A DNA stretch of 49,788 bases, the filler included, from Catajapyx aquilonaris (taxonomy: Eukaryota): the NCBI GenBank assembly GCA_000934665.2. It is 2 parts of 2 records of this genome, joined end to end, with 100 filler letters (N's around TTAATTAATTAA, not from the genome) between each part and the next. Parts side by side here need not be neighbours in the genome. Positions count along the whole stretch, not along the records: positions 1 to 24,872 come from JYFJ02005451.1; 1 more part is not named here. One strand, given 5' to 3'. The translations under genes were made by a program, and so were the position numbers. Below are positions 1-13,600 of the stretch, in pieces; positions within the stretch are counted from its first letter, which is position 1; each line of letters starts with the position of its first letter. The notes under the pieces are model-generated. The model had not been told where the DNA came from and did no database searches. It saw only the letters and a program-made list of their open reading frames with translations.

Positions 1-94
1 GCGTTTCCGGACACGGGTTGCTAGGTCAAATATGTTTGTCTTGGTCCCCTCTATCACCCCTAGAAGTTTGTAAAGTTAGGTCGTAAACACCCTG
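1..94. mobile_element. Right end of a Tc1/mariner-like MITE related to 11527..12091 (truncated by window edge)
   Basis: gcgtttccggacacggg...ttgtcttggtcccctctatcacccc...taaacaccctg|TA closely matches 11998..12093; ends CCCTG followed by TA. Confidence 0.75.
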
Positions 95-439
95 TATGCA
101 CACAACTGAAAAATTCACCATCAAATGTCATTGTCAGAAAAGTTAAAATAAAACATTTGGCAGATGCTTAGTTCCTTCTGTGGTCATTTCAAATGTGGAA
201 AAAATCCCAAATGCTCAACATTCGAGCCGGGGTTGTTCAACGAATGTTTAAACACTAGATTACAGTTTTGCGCATCTAACATTATTAGGAACACCTTTCA
301 ATAAAAATTACTGTGCCTCACTAAAAATCAATCGCGGAGATCCTTTTTGACTTTGGCGACAGTGGCCTTTCAAGCGTTTGCGAAAAAACCACTAACTGTC
401 CTAACTTTGTAACACATTCGTAATTTTCCGTATGTTAAT

Positions 440-506
440 ATGATGGTGATGGTGATGGTGATGGTGATGATGATGATTGTTGTTGTAATTGTTGTTATTA
501 TTATTA
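440..506. repeat. Compound trinucleotide microsatellite (TGA/TGG, TGT, TAT)
   Basis: Direct reading: tgatggtgatggtgatggtgatggtgatgatgatgattgttgttg...ttattattatta. Confidence 0.85.
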
Positions 507-593
507 ATTTTCCAGGTGCAAACTGGACGGCAATTTTGTATTAGCCTTGTAAGCAATTCATTTTTTTTTATCCGAGAAGTGGACATTTAGAGG

Positions 594-3500
594 ATGGCTA
601 GCAGGGATTCATCAAATCCCCCAGAAGGGTCGGACAAACTCGACGTATCGGCTAACAAGGCGGATTCCCCACATAAGAAGGAGCAGTCCTTTGCTACTGA
701 GAGTGAGTCGGTGACCGAGAAGAAAGTGTCTTCGACTAAGAAGCCGGATTCCTCGCCCAAGAAGAAGGAACCCAGTGCTGCCAAGCTTGGATCCATGACC
801 AAGAAGGTACATGTGACGAAGCAGCCCGATTCTTCGCCTAAGAAGAAGGAACCTATTTCTGCCAAGCTTGGGTCCGTGACCAAGAAGGCATCGCATAAGA
901 AGAAGGAACCCATTGCTGCCAAGCTTGGATCCATGACCAAGAAGTCATCTTCGACTAACCAGCCCGATTCTTCGCCTAAGAAGGAGAAACCCAAACTTGT
1001 CTCCATACCTTTGAGTAACCAGCCCGATTCTTCGCCTAAGAAGGAGAAACCCAAACTTATCTCCATACCTTTGAGTAACAAGCCCGATTCTTCGCTTACG
1101 GAGAAGGAACCCATTTCTGCCGAGCGTGGGTCCGTAACCAGTGAGTCATCTTTGACTAACCTGCCTGATTCCCTACGAAAGAAGAGGGGGTCCATTTATT
1201 CCAAGCGCGGATTCGCAACCAAGCAGGAGTATTTGACTAACAAGCCCGATTTCTCAAGTAAGAAGAAGAGGGCCGTTACTTCCAAGTCTTCCAAGCGCTT
1301 GTCAATCACCAAAAAGATGGGATCCGTGACTAACAAGGCCGCTTCCTCACGTAAAAAGAAGGTGACCACTTCTTTCAAGCCCGGGTCCATCGCCAAAAAG
1401 AAGGGACCAATTTCTTCCAAGCGTGGGTTCGGGACTAAGAAGAAACAAAAGTCTTCGGGCAAGAGGTTTGACAGCAAGAAAAAGAAATTTTTACCGAAAA
1501 AGGGTTACATAAGAAGGCAAAGCATGGGAGATACCTTTCCTGAAAGTGATTCTCTTACAAGGAAGTCCTCGAGCTCAGAGCACTCCTCAGAGCACTCCTC
1601 TGAGCACTCCTCAGAGAACTCTTCTGATCACTCCTCTGAAAAGGAGTCCTGGTGTGAAGAGGCATCGTTGGACTCTGAGAAAGTTACAGAGGAGTTGGTA
1701 TTGTCAAAGGGAATACCCGTTCCTGATGTACATAAGCTATCGAAGTCCGTTCAGTTCAAGTTGCCCTCAGATCAAGAGTCATCGCCTGAAGAGGAGCCCT
1801 TGAAAGCTGGGGACTCGTGTACGTCGTCTGTACGTCGTCGTCCTAAGAAGGAAACCATTACAGAAAAGAAGTATAAGTTTTCGTATTTGAAAAGGAAGCC
1901 AGCGGTCATAGCAACGCCAATGAAGCCCCGTCCTCAGGTGCAGGCTCGGGTGGATACAGGCTTGAAAAAGAAAGTCAGGTACGCGTATGTCCTGTTCCAG
2001 TTGAATAATTTCCGGCTTGCCTCATTTTTTGAGCCTTCGTTCATTCTAACGGCATGCGAATATTATGCCTCCTGAACGGCTGAGAATTAACTTACTTTCC
2101 TCGAAGGCGACGTTGCGCTCAAGGTAGTGAATTCAGGACAAAGAATTTATTGGTGGCTAGAGCCTACTGCAGTATAACCCCGCTTATCCGACCTCGCATT
2201 ATCCGACCTTCCCGCTCCGGCAATAAATCTATATGTTCTCATGAACTACTGTAATGTCCAACTGATTTGTTTGTTTTGCTAAGGGAAAATTGTATATAGT
2301 GCAGTAGTGTGTGTTAAAAAATACTTCACTATTTCTTAGAAAACCATAATATTGTATGTTATTTCATGTTTTCATGTTTTTTGTTGTGTTCTATTATACA
2401 GTTTTTTTACTCCTCAGATTATCCGACCTTTTGGGTTATCCCATTGATGGCCCAGTCCCGTGGGTGATGGATAATCGGGTTTCTACTGTACTTGATTGGG
2501 TGGATGGGGAGGGAGGGGGGGGGGAGATGGGGCAAGTGAGGTATGAAGGGGGCGGTCGACACAAGGCTCGAGGTTCTCTCCGCGGAGTAGATAGGCGAGA
2601 TCTAGTAGCATTGATCTAGCCTCGGCGAAATGCGAATTGTTTTTTCGTTCTCAGTCAACGAGTTAGAAGGATTTGAACCTGGGTGAAACTTGCCCGATAC
2701 CAATGAGCTATTCCGTCCTAATGAAACCATTAGGCTTGGGAAGTTAGGTTAGGTCAGGGCAATGTAGATTAGAATAATGTTATTATACACTCATTCGCAA
2801 CAGGAGATTATATTTTGGCTCGAAAGTTGGATGTAATTTTCTTATTTTGGTTTGAATGAACACAATCTGTTATTCGAAGGTATTATTGTTATCACAGTGG
2901 TATTTTTAGCAGTGACAAGGCATCTTGGCCCCGAACTTCCTTTGCGGGCCTCATTCCCCCCCCNCTCTCCTCCCCCCTTTTCATTCCCCCGACCAAATTC
3001 TAGACTCTTTTCGAATGGTTTTCTCGTAGATCACTATGACATTCCTACATATTTGTATGGATTTTCCGAAAGAAACCTGGTTTTTCATATACCGAGCTCG
3101 GTGAAACCGGACCTCTTGTAATAAAACCCAATAGTGGGACTTAAAGGAACAGCCGCTTCTGGTAAAATTACCGTACTTGAATATTGATGTCACAAAAATA
3201 TCAAAAGATCAATAAGCGGATCGGATCCGAAATACACATTTTGTGGGTCATGTGCAAAATGAATAAATGGGTTACAATTGCATACTTGAGTTGTTCTAAA
3301 ACTTTGGGGCCAGTGCTGCATTACTATGCTACTTATTCTAAATGGCCTCATTCTTTGACGTCAATGCCCAGGAAAAATTATGTAAGATTATGTTATTCTA
3401 ATACTCGTTATTGAAATTATCACTGCGATAATACGGTATCATGCTTAAGAAAAAAATGATATGATTCCTTTTTTTATTTTTAGAATTGACATTATTTTTA

Positions 3501-4774
3501 ATATTTTACATCTCGGTGACCATTATTTTGGTGTTACGCAAAAGAACATATTCTTTCATAATATTACCTGGGAATTGACATCATAGAATAACTGAATGCC
3601 TGAATCTAATTAGCCGTGATAATGTAGGCAGCAATGCAACATTGCGCTCAAAAATTTAGAACAGGTCAAGCAGCATGTACAGCAGTAACCATTTGGCATT
3701 AAACCATTTCGGCCATGTCAATGTGGCCACAACTCGAGTAACTTTTTGTGCGATCCTGTGCTTGACATTTCCGCACTTTTGTGACGTCAGTTCCCGTATA
3801 AGTTTTCCGGTAGGATTCGTGCCTTTAAGTCATCCTAAATTGTTTTATTAGACGTACCGTAACGTGTTTAAGGCTGGTCCTGCCATACTTCCAAATGCTG
3901 AGCATTTGGACATGGAAAACCTCGGTAATAGGAAACTGATATCCATGCTCCCTTGAAGTCTCTTATATCCGAAGTCGACTGTATTATGTTATACCGGCAT
4001 CTCTGTATGTGTTACCGTTATTGAATAATAAAATATGTGCCATGACTGATGAAACAATCCACGTATAGACTATTAGAACAACACCCACTGTAAAATTTAT
4101 ATTGGTTTAAAAATGAAAGCAGAGACTTGCGGAAGCAATAATTATTCTTGAACACCTTCATGGGTGCACAGTAAAGGTGTATGACAAAGTTGGTTTGAAG
4201 AAACTCTGGATAAATAACGTAAGGTGTAAAAATGATACACGTTTTTGGAAAGCAGGAGTATCTCACTATTGAAAAAGTCAATCCGAGATCAAGCCAGTCA
4301 CAATAAACGGCCTGTTAGGGTCATTCTTGTAAGGAAATTGGTCTTGAACGACCGCAGTCGAGATACTGTATACTTAACAGACAGTTTGACGACTCGTGAA
4401 AATATGGAAAAATGAGAGTACTGAATATATTGTTTCATTTCTCTCGACAGCGATGGCCCTCCTAGGTTGTATACCGACCCAAGAGACATTTACGACACTC
4501 GTAGGTATCGTCGAGAGGTTCTTGAGGATATCAAGGATTTGATATATTTGCTGCCGACATGGAAGGCGCAAGAGCGTTTTACGTGGCAGATGTCTTGCGT
4601 CGTCAAAGCAAAGGTAAGATAAGAATTCAGTAAATCCTAACAATGCACCTACTGACCTACACCAAAAGCTGATCACGATTTATTTTTTCTACTATTATTT
4701 AGGACGACTGCACCTTGGAGTTGAACAAAAAGGATAAGGATCGTCTGAGAGTTATCATGATGGATAGGGAATGA
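594..4774 (+). CDS. Lys/Ser-rich basic repeat protein with SPKK motifs and a small non-repetitive C-terminal segment; 3-exon model 594..1978, 4451..4613, 4703..4774
   Basis: 493-codon ORF with in-frame internal repeats. Donor AG|gtacgc at 1978/1979 (phase 2) fits acceptor tttcatttctctcgacag|C at 4451 (phase 2). That exon is open for 54 codons to AAG|gtaaga (phase 0); acceptor ctattatttag|GAC at 4703 then reads DDCTLELNKKDKDRLRVIMMDRE* (TGA 4772..4774). Confidence 0.65.
738..1140 (+). repeat. Coding tandem repeats (about 81-bp and 60-bp units) encoding PDSSPKK(K/E)(E/K)P
   Basis: Units aag(aa/ca)gcc(g/c)gattc..cc.aagaagaaggaacc at 738 and 819; near-identical 60-mers aaccagcccgattcttcgcctaagaaggagaaacccaaactt.tctccatacctttgagt from ~957 and ~1017. 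Confidence 0.85.
2170..2488. mobile_element. Tigger/pogo-like MITE
   Basis: Imperfect TIRs cagtataaccccgcttatcc ... ggataatcgggtttctactg|TA; internal ttatccgacc repeats. Confidence 0.6.
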
Positions 4775-5447
4775 GGGATCGGGCAATGGGAAAAAATACC
4801 TATTTTGTTCGAGATATCGTCCAGAATATTTTTGTGTACGGGACATAGCCATGTGCTGAAGACGGGAATTTTTAGGGGACGTTGTACACTGTCCTGTTTA
4901 TTATTTGATTTTTGAGTGCTTTTATACACGAGTTTACACAAATGCAGCATGGGGCCTTTTATTTACTTTTTGTATACCAGTATTGGGAGTATACATAAAA
5001 CTTATTAGACCACTACGAACGCTGTGAATTACTTTAACATGGTACAGAAAGGGGGATAAACAGGGAACATCCCTCGGCAGCCTTTTCAGCAATGCGCTAG
5101 CAGTTTGCAAAGCAGCCACTGCGAGAAATGTTAGTCCTCGATATCCTGCCTTCCATATTGTGACTGTATGCAGTATTCCGGGTAAGAGCGTCAGAATTGG
5201 GACTGATAATGCAGGGGGCAAGAGGTACAATCTTCTCGTAAGAAAAATAATGCTATCAGAACCAAGACTTGACCTATACGTAATACAAAGGGACCAATAA
5301 TTCGGATTCTACTATAGCTCATTATTCACGTCGAGTGATCATGCCATTGACTCAGACTGTGATTAACTACAGAAATGGCAAGGTCACATGTAGCTGATAT
5401 TGGAAATCTCGTATACTTAAATGCGACTTAATACCCGAATTATATTA

Positions 5448-6130
5448 CAGTTAACTCCGGATATAACAGACTTCAAGGGACAGGAAACCAGTCTCATATA
5501 ACCGAGGTCTCTTATAGCCAAATCACCACTTTTGCAACGAATACATAAAATATTTCTGCCTGACTTATGCATATAACGCACACTATATACTGCATAGGCC
5601 TACCATAGATATTAAGCTACCTTTAATATCTATGCTTCATACTGATTATTATTGAAACTATCCACAAAAATTCAAAATCAGCTCACCCGTGAATTACGCA
5701 GGACCAAAACAATCCGTAATTTTCTTCTGCCGACTCCTTGTCGCCAAATATACCAGAAATATAATTATTTTGACCTTTTCGGCATGAGTAAACTCTTGCC
5801 GAAAAGGTCAAGTTTAAGCAAGTTTAAGCCTGAAAAAAGCCTGAAAAAAGTTTAGCTTGAAAAGGGCTAACTTTGTTCCCTGCACGAAGGTTTTGCCTTT
5901 ACAATGGTACCATAATTGACATTATTTTAAAAAATGGACATACGGAACAATAAAATTATGGGCAATATCTGGTTTTCACGCGATTCCTATTATTTAAACG
6001 GACTTTTCGGAACCGGTGTTTCAGCTCATTTCAACAACTCCGCCGTAATGGTCATTTCATGGCAGAAAATGGAAAAAAGACGAACTAGCCGACCTGTGCA
6101 AAATAATCTAATTTTGCAATATTATTGTGC
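5448..6130 (-). mobile_element. Degenerate Tigger/pogo-like element fragment
   Basis: TA|cagttaactccggatataac...gggac terminus typical of Tigger; a similar inverted end lies at ~3950..3983. Weak CENP-B-HTH-like remnant (NVNYGTIVKAK) on the minus strand. The inner boundary is uncertain. Confidence 0.35.
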
Positions 6131-7691
6131 TATTTCTGTGTCGAATGAACACTTTTTGCTGCCATACCAACATGGTCGCCGGCGGCCATGTTGGGCCCGC
6201 ATGTAGCGGCTTCTCTTCTACCTTAGTTCAGCGTAGTCCTGTAGGGTCGCCACATAATGGCGCAAAGAAAAGCTGTCTCATGGCGCTCTCAAGTGAGCAC
6301 CTCATGCAAAACGCCCCGGCAGGCGATAAGAGGGAGTGTCCAGACCTTAGTATTCTAAGACCATGGGCGGGAAAGTGGGGTATGGCGGCATGGCAACTGG
6401 AAGGGCGATTGTGTGAGGGGTGGGGGTGGGGGCACCAGCTTTCTGTTGTACAAACTTTAGGTATAGGGTCGCTTCGCCAGCTCGCATCAGAGCCATCACA
6501 TTTACCGTATTTTTACTATTGTACAGCCTTAACTTATCACTGACATACGCATTGTTCTGCTATTAGTGATTGGCGCTACTGTGAAGTCAAAGCCCTTGCA
6601 GTGACATTTCAAGTGAAATGCACTAATTAGTGTGCAACAGTAAATAACTGCGAAAAATAATGGTTATTTGTTTGCAGTTTGTAACGGTACCCAGTAGGCT
6701 ACTAATGACGCACATAAGCAAAGGCTCTCACGACGTAACCAAACTGAAGCTATTATCAACACAGGCAGTAGGAGCGTCACAGTCCCTGTCTGCCTTGCTG
6801 TCTGCCCTACCACCTGCGCTTCCAGAGCTATCGCTTGTGCCTGCCAAGAAGCGATGGGCACGCAAAAGTTGTATGGTCCACACTGTAATATGGTTAGCTG
6901 GAAAATGCCCCACCCATGTAGTATAGAAACAGATACCATGCCTCCGTACCAAATACGGAGCAAGCCAGGCCCCACATCCGGTGTTAACCCTGTTTTGTAC
7001 TGGACAGGCAGTGTGTCCTCATTAGAGATGACACACTAGAACCAACGTAGTAACGCAATTGCTTCCAACTGGCGCCACCTTCCGTCCGTCACCCGCCCCT
7101 TGTCCTCCCAGCAGCTTCCAGCGCATAAAACAATCCGTACATCTCGTAAACAAAATAACGATTACCATATTTATATTCACACTGCACCGCTAATCTACAC
7201 ATTTTAAACCACCGAATTTTAAACTGCACCATGTGAATACCAGCGTCGAATACCTTTGCATATTACGCAACCAGTAAAGACATGATGGGATTTGCATCGG
7301 CGCACAATAGGCGTTTGATTGTTGGCTTCTGTGAAGTAGAAGGGGCAAGGGCAAGGGAAGGGGGATGTAGACTGCAAAAAGGTACGGTGCAATGGGCGAG
7401 ATTGGTTAGAGCCAAACCTGACTGTTTCGAGATTTGTCTTTGAGTGACGGAGGTAGTGAGGCGGCGAGGCGGAGGTAGTTCCGTCCGGAGAGCGCGCGCA
7501 TCAATTCAGGGATAGGTCGCGCCCAAGTTGCGCCAGTGCAGCCTCGTCCAGTAGATACTTCCGCTGCGGTGGGAACAGGGTTGTCGGCGTTCTGATCCTG
7601 TTGGTCTGACCCTTCACCTGACCTGCAGTCACAAGTGGGGGATGGTGTTGGGTCATTTTGCATTCAACTGCTGAACTTGGCTGCTGGCAGG

Positions 7692-10600
7692 ATGGCGGAG
7701 AGGGGAGATGGACACAAGGATGCATCGGGACACAATGGGAGAAGGTCAAGAGGTGGACGCTCCAGCAACAACGGCCACACAGCTCAAGGAGGGTCCGATT
7801 GCACCAGCAGCAATGACGAGGGGGAAGAAGGTGAGTTGTTGAATATTGTGGCTTGTTGCAGATGTAGTAGTGTCTAATGCTTGGTCTCATGACTGCTGCA
7901 GAGTTAGTGGTGAGAATGCCGAGTTGTGACTCATATGTCAAGACCAGAAAAAAAGTGGGAGGTGAATGAGGTCCAGAGGTAGAGTAGGGCCTACAATGTT
8001 TGGTAGAATGAGGACATTATCAGGGGAACGGGGATGTTTTTGTTCTCTCGTATTTCTTCACCACCACCTTACGTACCTGCCAGTAACATACTGTGCATTA
8101 TTTTGTTTAGTGAACGTTCAGGAATGTTGACTCAGTGACCTGAATGTCCAGTGTTCAGTACCCCAGGTAGCACAGTTCGTCGGCCCGAGCTCACCCCAAA
8201 ATCGGGGCGACGTCACATCAATTTTCACTGAAACTCCAATGAATGTTCAACATTGGACATTGCCAAATTGACCAAAAAAAAATCTGATGTCCAGTGATGA
8301 ACAATCCTGTCTTGTTGACTGAACATTAGTATTAAACACTGGACATTCAGGACACTGACTCGGCATTGCTGAACATGCAATGAACATTATCGTAGTACTG
8401 GGGTGCACGCCCTGAAGGCTACGAAGGTGTTCAGTGACCAATACATGCGCTCCCTGGGGAAGGCGTGCATGTAGGGGTTCGCACGCCCTTCCCACCCCTC
8501 AGATTGCAGGCAGACAGGCCCATGCCCACATGTAGCCCTAATGCTGAAATTGGTGGCATATTGGAACAACAGATCTGATGACCTAGACCTACCCATGCCA
8601 TACAATGTAAACGCACCTTTACATGTGAGCGATTTGACGAGCGAAGCGGTGCGAAATCTTCGCCAAGGCTGAAATTAACAATCGATTCTCGCCTCAAACA
8701 ATATTGGTTACTTGGGTTACTCAACCTCGGCGAAGACTTCGCTCGTCAAATCGCTCACATGTAAACGCGGCTTTATTGTGTCTCCACTCGGCAGAGGTCA
8801 ACATTAGTCTAGTGCAATTAGGGGAAATTTTGGCCTAACCTGGAACAATTAACATCAAAGCACTTTTTTAGGGATATGATCAGGCAATGTCCCTGAAGCT
8901 GTAGAGAAAGTTACCTAGGTGTCCGGTGACGGATTTGGCCGCCATCTTGGAAAATGTAGCCTCCATGTTGGGTACCCTTTAGGCCACGTTTACATGTGAG
9001 CGATAAAAACAGATTTGGGCCGAAAGTAGCAATCGCGTTACACGCGGCATTACACCCGTGTAGCGGACGAACCAATGAACGTAAGAGCGATGACAAAACC
9101 TATCCTTGAACCCTGAGAGAAGGAATGATATGAGGAAGGGAGAAGATATTGACACTTGAAGATGAGTGTAACTATAGTAGCGGACCCGTTGCCAAATTTT
9201 AGCAACCTTGCCTCCCCACCCCCCACCCCCTCCTCCCCACTTGGATGTACAGGTAAAATCTCGTTACAATGAAGCCCGCGGGACAGGGCAAATCTTTTCG
9301 TAATAACGGATTTTCGTTAAATCGAGACTGGTTATTTTTATTTCCCCCGCAAGTATGTCCGAATCTGTCAACTCCTGGCACACATGTACGTCGTCATCTG
9401 CCGCTACAAAATCGTGGAAGGTAACTTCATCCGGCACTCCGACGCGGCGCTTTCAGCAACGGACCTCCACAGAGACAGAGGTCGTCGGAGCGGCGTCCTG
9501 GGCACTCCCCAATACAGACACTGTCGACCCCTTGATGCAACTTTTACCCCAACATTTCACGATTGTTGACGGTGTTACGCACGACCACACACTCGCTTAT
9601 CGCTAGACAGTGCTGGAGTAAGTGTGGCGGAGCATTGCGCTAGTGCATATTTCGTTATAATAGATGGTTCAATACTAGCCGGGGAACCACCTTTCGTATT
9701 CGTTGTACTGAAAATTTCGTTTTATTGGCATTCGCTAAAACGAGATTTTACTGTAGTACGATTTGCCTGTAACAGTTGGCGCATAGGTTCTCCCTCTGCA
9801 CTATACTGCCGTGGTTAGGGGGAAATTAGTAGGCCTACTACCTGTACGTTGGTGATGAGTCACCGCCGCACAAAGCCCACCAGGGTGTATAACCAGGGCG
9901 TGTCTCGCCTTTTTGAAATGGGTCCCACCCTCTCTGACCGCTATATTTTCTCTATAATTGTTGAATGGGGAAAGTCAAAACTATGGAAACTACTGCCTAG
10001 GCGATGAGTAAACTTATTTATTGGGTGGAGACACATATTATCAATTCTGTATATGATGGGCAATTGGTCTGTCCCCATGGCATTTCCCAATCACACCCAT
10101 TCACATGCAGTCACTCCCAATATTTGCAAAACATATTGTTCCACACTTCGATAGTAGAAAACTAGAAATACAGGTTAGGGGGCGGATTCTCGTGGACTTT
10201 ACGGGAGGCCCGCAAGTCGCAAACGCCCGTATCGCCCCGGCAACTAAAAAAAACTCCCGAAGTGGAATTATCGTGTCGCGCTCCCGCAAGGGTTGCGGGA
10301 AGGAAAGGCCCGCAAAGATACGGGTGGGTGGCAGCACCTGTAAGTGTGCCTGTAAGTCACCTGTCGCTCTCAAAAATGGCCGCTTCCCCGACAGCAGCTG
10401 TGTGTCCGTAAGGAGGGATCGAACACGGATAAACACGGCCCAGGGGCCCTTCCACGAGTCCTGGAGTGTCTTCCATGCGGGCCACAATGGCCTCTTTTTC
10501 ACGGTCATCCCAGTTCGGCCGGAGAGGGACGCGGGCGGAACCCGGGGCAGACTTCTTCCCCGGCATCGTCTTCGCTCTGTCTCACCTCGCTAGCAGCAGA

Positions 10601-13600
10601 CACTCCAGACCAAACTCCAGACTCGATAAGGTCCTTGACCTTAGACTCGATTGCCTACTGCACACTCTCGCGACGTTTGCCCGAACTCCCTATACCTACT
10701 ACCTAAATCATAGTAAAAAACCAGAATTCGTATGGACAGAGTTCTCGCTGTTCTTTTCTCAATAGCGTTTAATCCCGTCGCTGTCCATTGTACGGCGGTG
10801 GGAATGCACCCTTTTCTCCTCTCCCATTGGCTCCTGTCCGTTTCCGGTGGGCGGAGCTACAAGAACCCCCGTATCTCCCCCCTACTTTCAATTCTTTCTT
10901 GTAAGGACTTACAGGCTACCACATTTATTCCACTTTTCTGGGGTCCCGCATCCGTCGCCATCTTGGATGGACTTGCGGGCCCGCATCTCCTGCGGGCCCG
11001 CAGACTTACAGGAGTCCACGAGAATCCGCCCCTAGGTTTACAGTGTTGTGTGTGTACAGCACGACAGTGTTGCAGCATTCACATGTGGCAAGAGGAGTGA
11101 CTAAGCAGGAGCCCAGGGTGACAAGCTGACTGTAATGTTGGTTATATAAGCTTATTTGTTTGTTGAAAATTTTTACCAGCAGAAAGTGGTGGTAGGATTG
11201 AGAATTGAATATTGGAAGAGGCGATGATGTTTTCACCAGACAAAGGGCTGTCATTGGTGGGGGAAGAGGATCAACTGCAATCCCATGATGCCTCGCAGGT
11301 TGGCTGGATCACAGATGTGCCTTCATTTTGGAAAGCCATATTACGAGCCATATTGACTCCTGCAATATGGTACTGTACATCTGCTGGCCAATACCTATAA
11401 GTCCAAAGCCTAAAGAGTGTGCCAGTGTGCTGTGATTCAATCATCAGACCATTTTTCAAAGTCATGGAAAAAGGGGCTACACCTTTATTTGAGCAATAAG
11501 AACTAATGATGTGGTAGTTTCCTATACAGGGTGTTTATTGTAACTCTGCAAAGACTTTCAGGGGTAAAAGAGGAGACCAAGACAAGAATTTTTGACATAG
11601 GAACCCGTGTCCGGAAACGCCATCTAGAGGGGGTTCATAGACAAGGAACGGGTGCGCTCAGACGCGTCACGCGGGAGGTGCTGGGTGAGCGGACTGTTTT
11701 GTTGATAGATAGATTGCAGTTGTTGCCAGGTTATTGCGTATCGCGTCGTTGTTTGCTTACAACAACGCGATACGCCATAACCTGGCAACAACAAATCCGC
11801 TGTTGGCTATCCACGCATCTCCTAGGAGGCGTACTTTAGTTGCTAGATGCTGGCTCTGCTGTTGCCAGGTTATGGCACATCGCATCGATGTTTACTATCC
11901 GAGCACCATCTATCAACAAAACAGTCCGCTCGCCTAGCGCCTCCCGCATGAAGCGTCTGAGCGCACCCGTTCCTTGTCTATGAATCCCCTCTAGATGGCG
12001 TTTCCGGACACGGGATTGTATGTCAAAAATACTTGTCTTGGTCCCCTCTATTACCCCTGAAAGTCTTTGCAGAGTTACAATAAACACCCTGTATAGTGTT
12101 AAGACCCAAGATATTAGTCCTGACACTTTCATAGCATTGCACTGCAACAATGAATGAATGAGTGTGTCCACCCTTTGCTGGAGAGGAAGGAGCAATGTGA
12201 AGATCAGCCTATCCATGTCTACCAGACTCTCTTTCGTGCAGTTTCAATTGCCCAGGGAATAAAATTTAATATATTGACACACCTTATTATAAAATGGTTG
12301 GGTTAATAATAATAATTGGGTATAGTGACATACCTCAGCTGAGGTTTTGGGCACGGACCTTTATTTGCCAAGATAGTACATTAGTTTGGTCAACGAAGAG
12401 CCCTGGTCCGAGGGTAGGGTGACTGGGAGGGGATGTGCAATGTGCAAGTGCAATGTCGTTTCTGTGGTCATTTCGTGAGCTCCCCCGGGTGGTCCGTCTA
12501 TCGGAAATCCCACCCTAGGCGAAGCCGGAGATGACCCCGAACTCCACACGAGATGAAAGGGGGGAATGGTTGGTTTTAAAATATTGTGTCAGGGTTGGCA
12601 GATTGCTGGGAATTGTTGCTGATGAGTACCTCTATGACATAACTTACAAAAATTGCCTACAAACAAATTATTTTGGAACGCTGTGAGCCACTTGTTGGAC
12701 ACCTTACGGTGTATGAGAAGAGCAGAGGATTAATAATCCTACTCTACATCGAATAAGTCCTGCTCATTGTACAATTGCCATTTTCCTGATGATGTACGTA
12801 CAGTCCCGATCATAAAGTTGGAGACGGCAGGCCCTCCCCTTCGGGAGGGTGCTCTGCCAATCCCTCCAATACGGTATCAAACATACAGTTATAAATACAC
12901 GAACACATGCCTAAAGCACCTAACACGGTCCAAAAAGAGTCAATTAATTTGAGTCGGATAAAGGAAGGTCAGAGAGGCCAGCAGCGTCTCCATCTAACTT
13001 GTAAGCTCGGGACTGTACAAAAATCAAGGTAATCTTGCTCTCCACAGAAGGTGCCTAGAAGTTTCCTTGCAGGGAGAATGCACATTGAAGACTGTTGTGC
13101 AGTGGCACAACATTATTTCTACACTGGTTTTGTAGGGATAAAATGTTTTCACAATAGCTTACCAATTATATTATTCAGACTATAACAAGATGGGGCAAAG
13201 CCCAGACAGTAGCAACATTACGCCAGGAGTAGATAGGGTGCAAGAGAAAAACACTACTACTGCATTTTACAGGAAGTACCAGCCCCGCTCATAAAATATG
13301 GTACGACTCTATAGAAGAAATGTTTATCCTGATTATTATCGAACATAATTCCCAATCGACAAAATTCGACAAAACCCTATGGACAACCTTTTCTGGACCT
13401 CTGGTGACTCGTATGACCCATCCCGATTTTAAGATAAAAATTTTAATGACCAAAATGTTCAACCCGATGCAATACTTACGTAGATTTGATGTGAATTTCC
13501 CCCTTGAAATTTTCCTACTTAACTTTGTTTTTCTCTTCTCTTTTTTATTTTATTTTGATTCCCTTTTCCCGGACTTCCTCGTGACCCCTAAAACATGCTG

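Noticed and set aside
401..586. Poly-Asn/poly-His ORF on the minus strand
   Set aside because: Translation of a trinucleotide microsatellite; no splice or homology support.
587..1477. Long antisense ORFs (202 aa, 93 aa)
   Set aside because: Shadows of the repetitive + strand coding exon.
4775..5260. Possible tyrosine-recombinase or viral remnant (YIKLIRP-like peptide)
   Set aside because: No continuous frame or catalytic motifs; better explained as 3' UTR/flank of the 594..4774 gene.
6660..7039. Overlapping ORFs, considered as a THAP domain
   Set aside because: No convincing C2CH signature in any frame I read.
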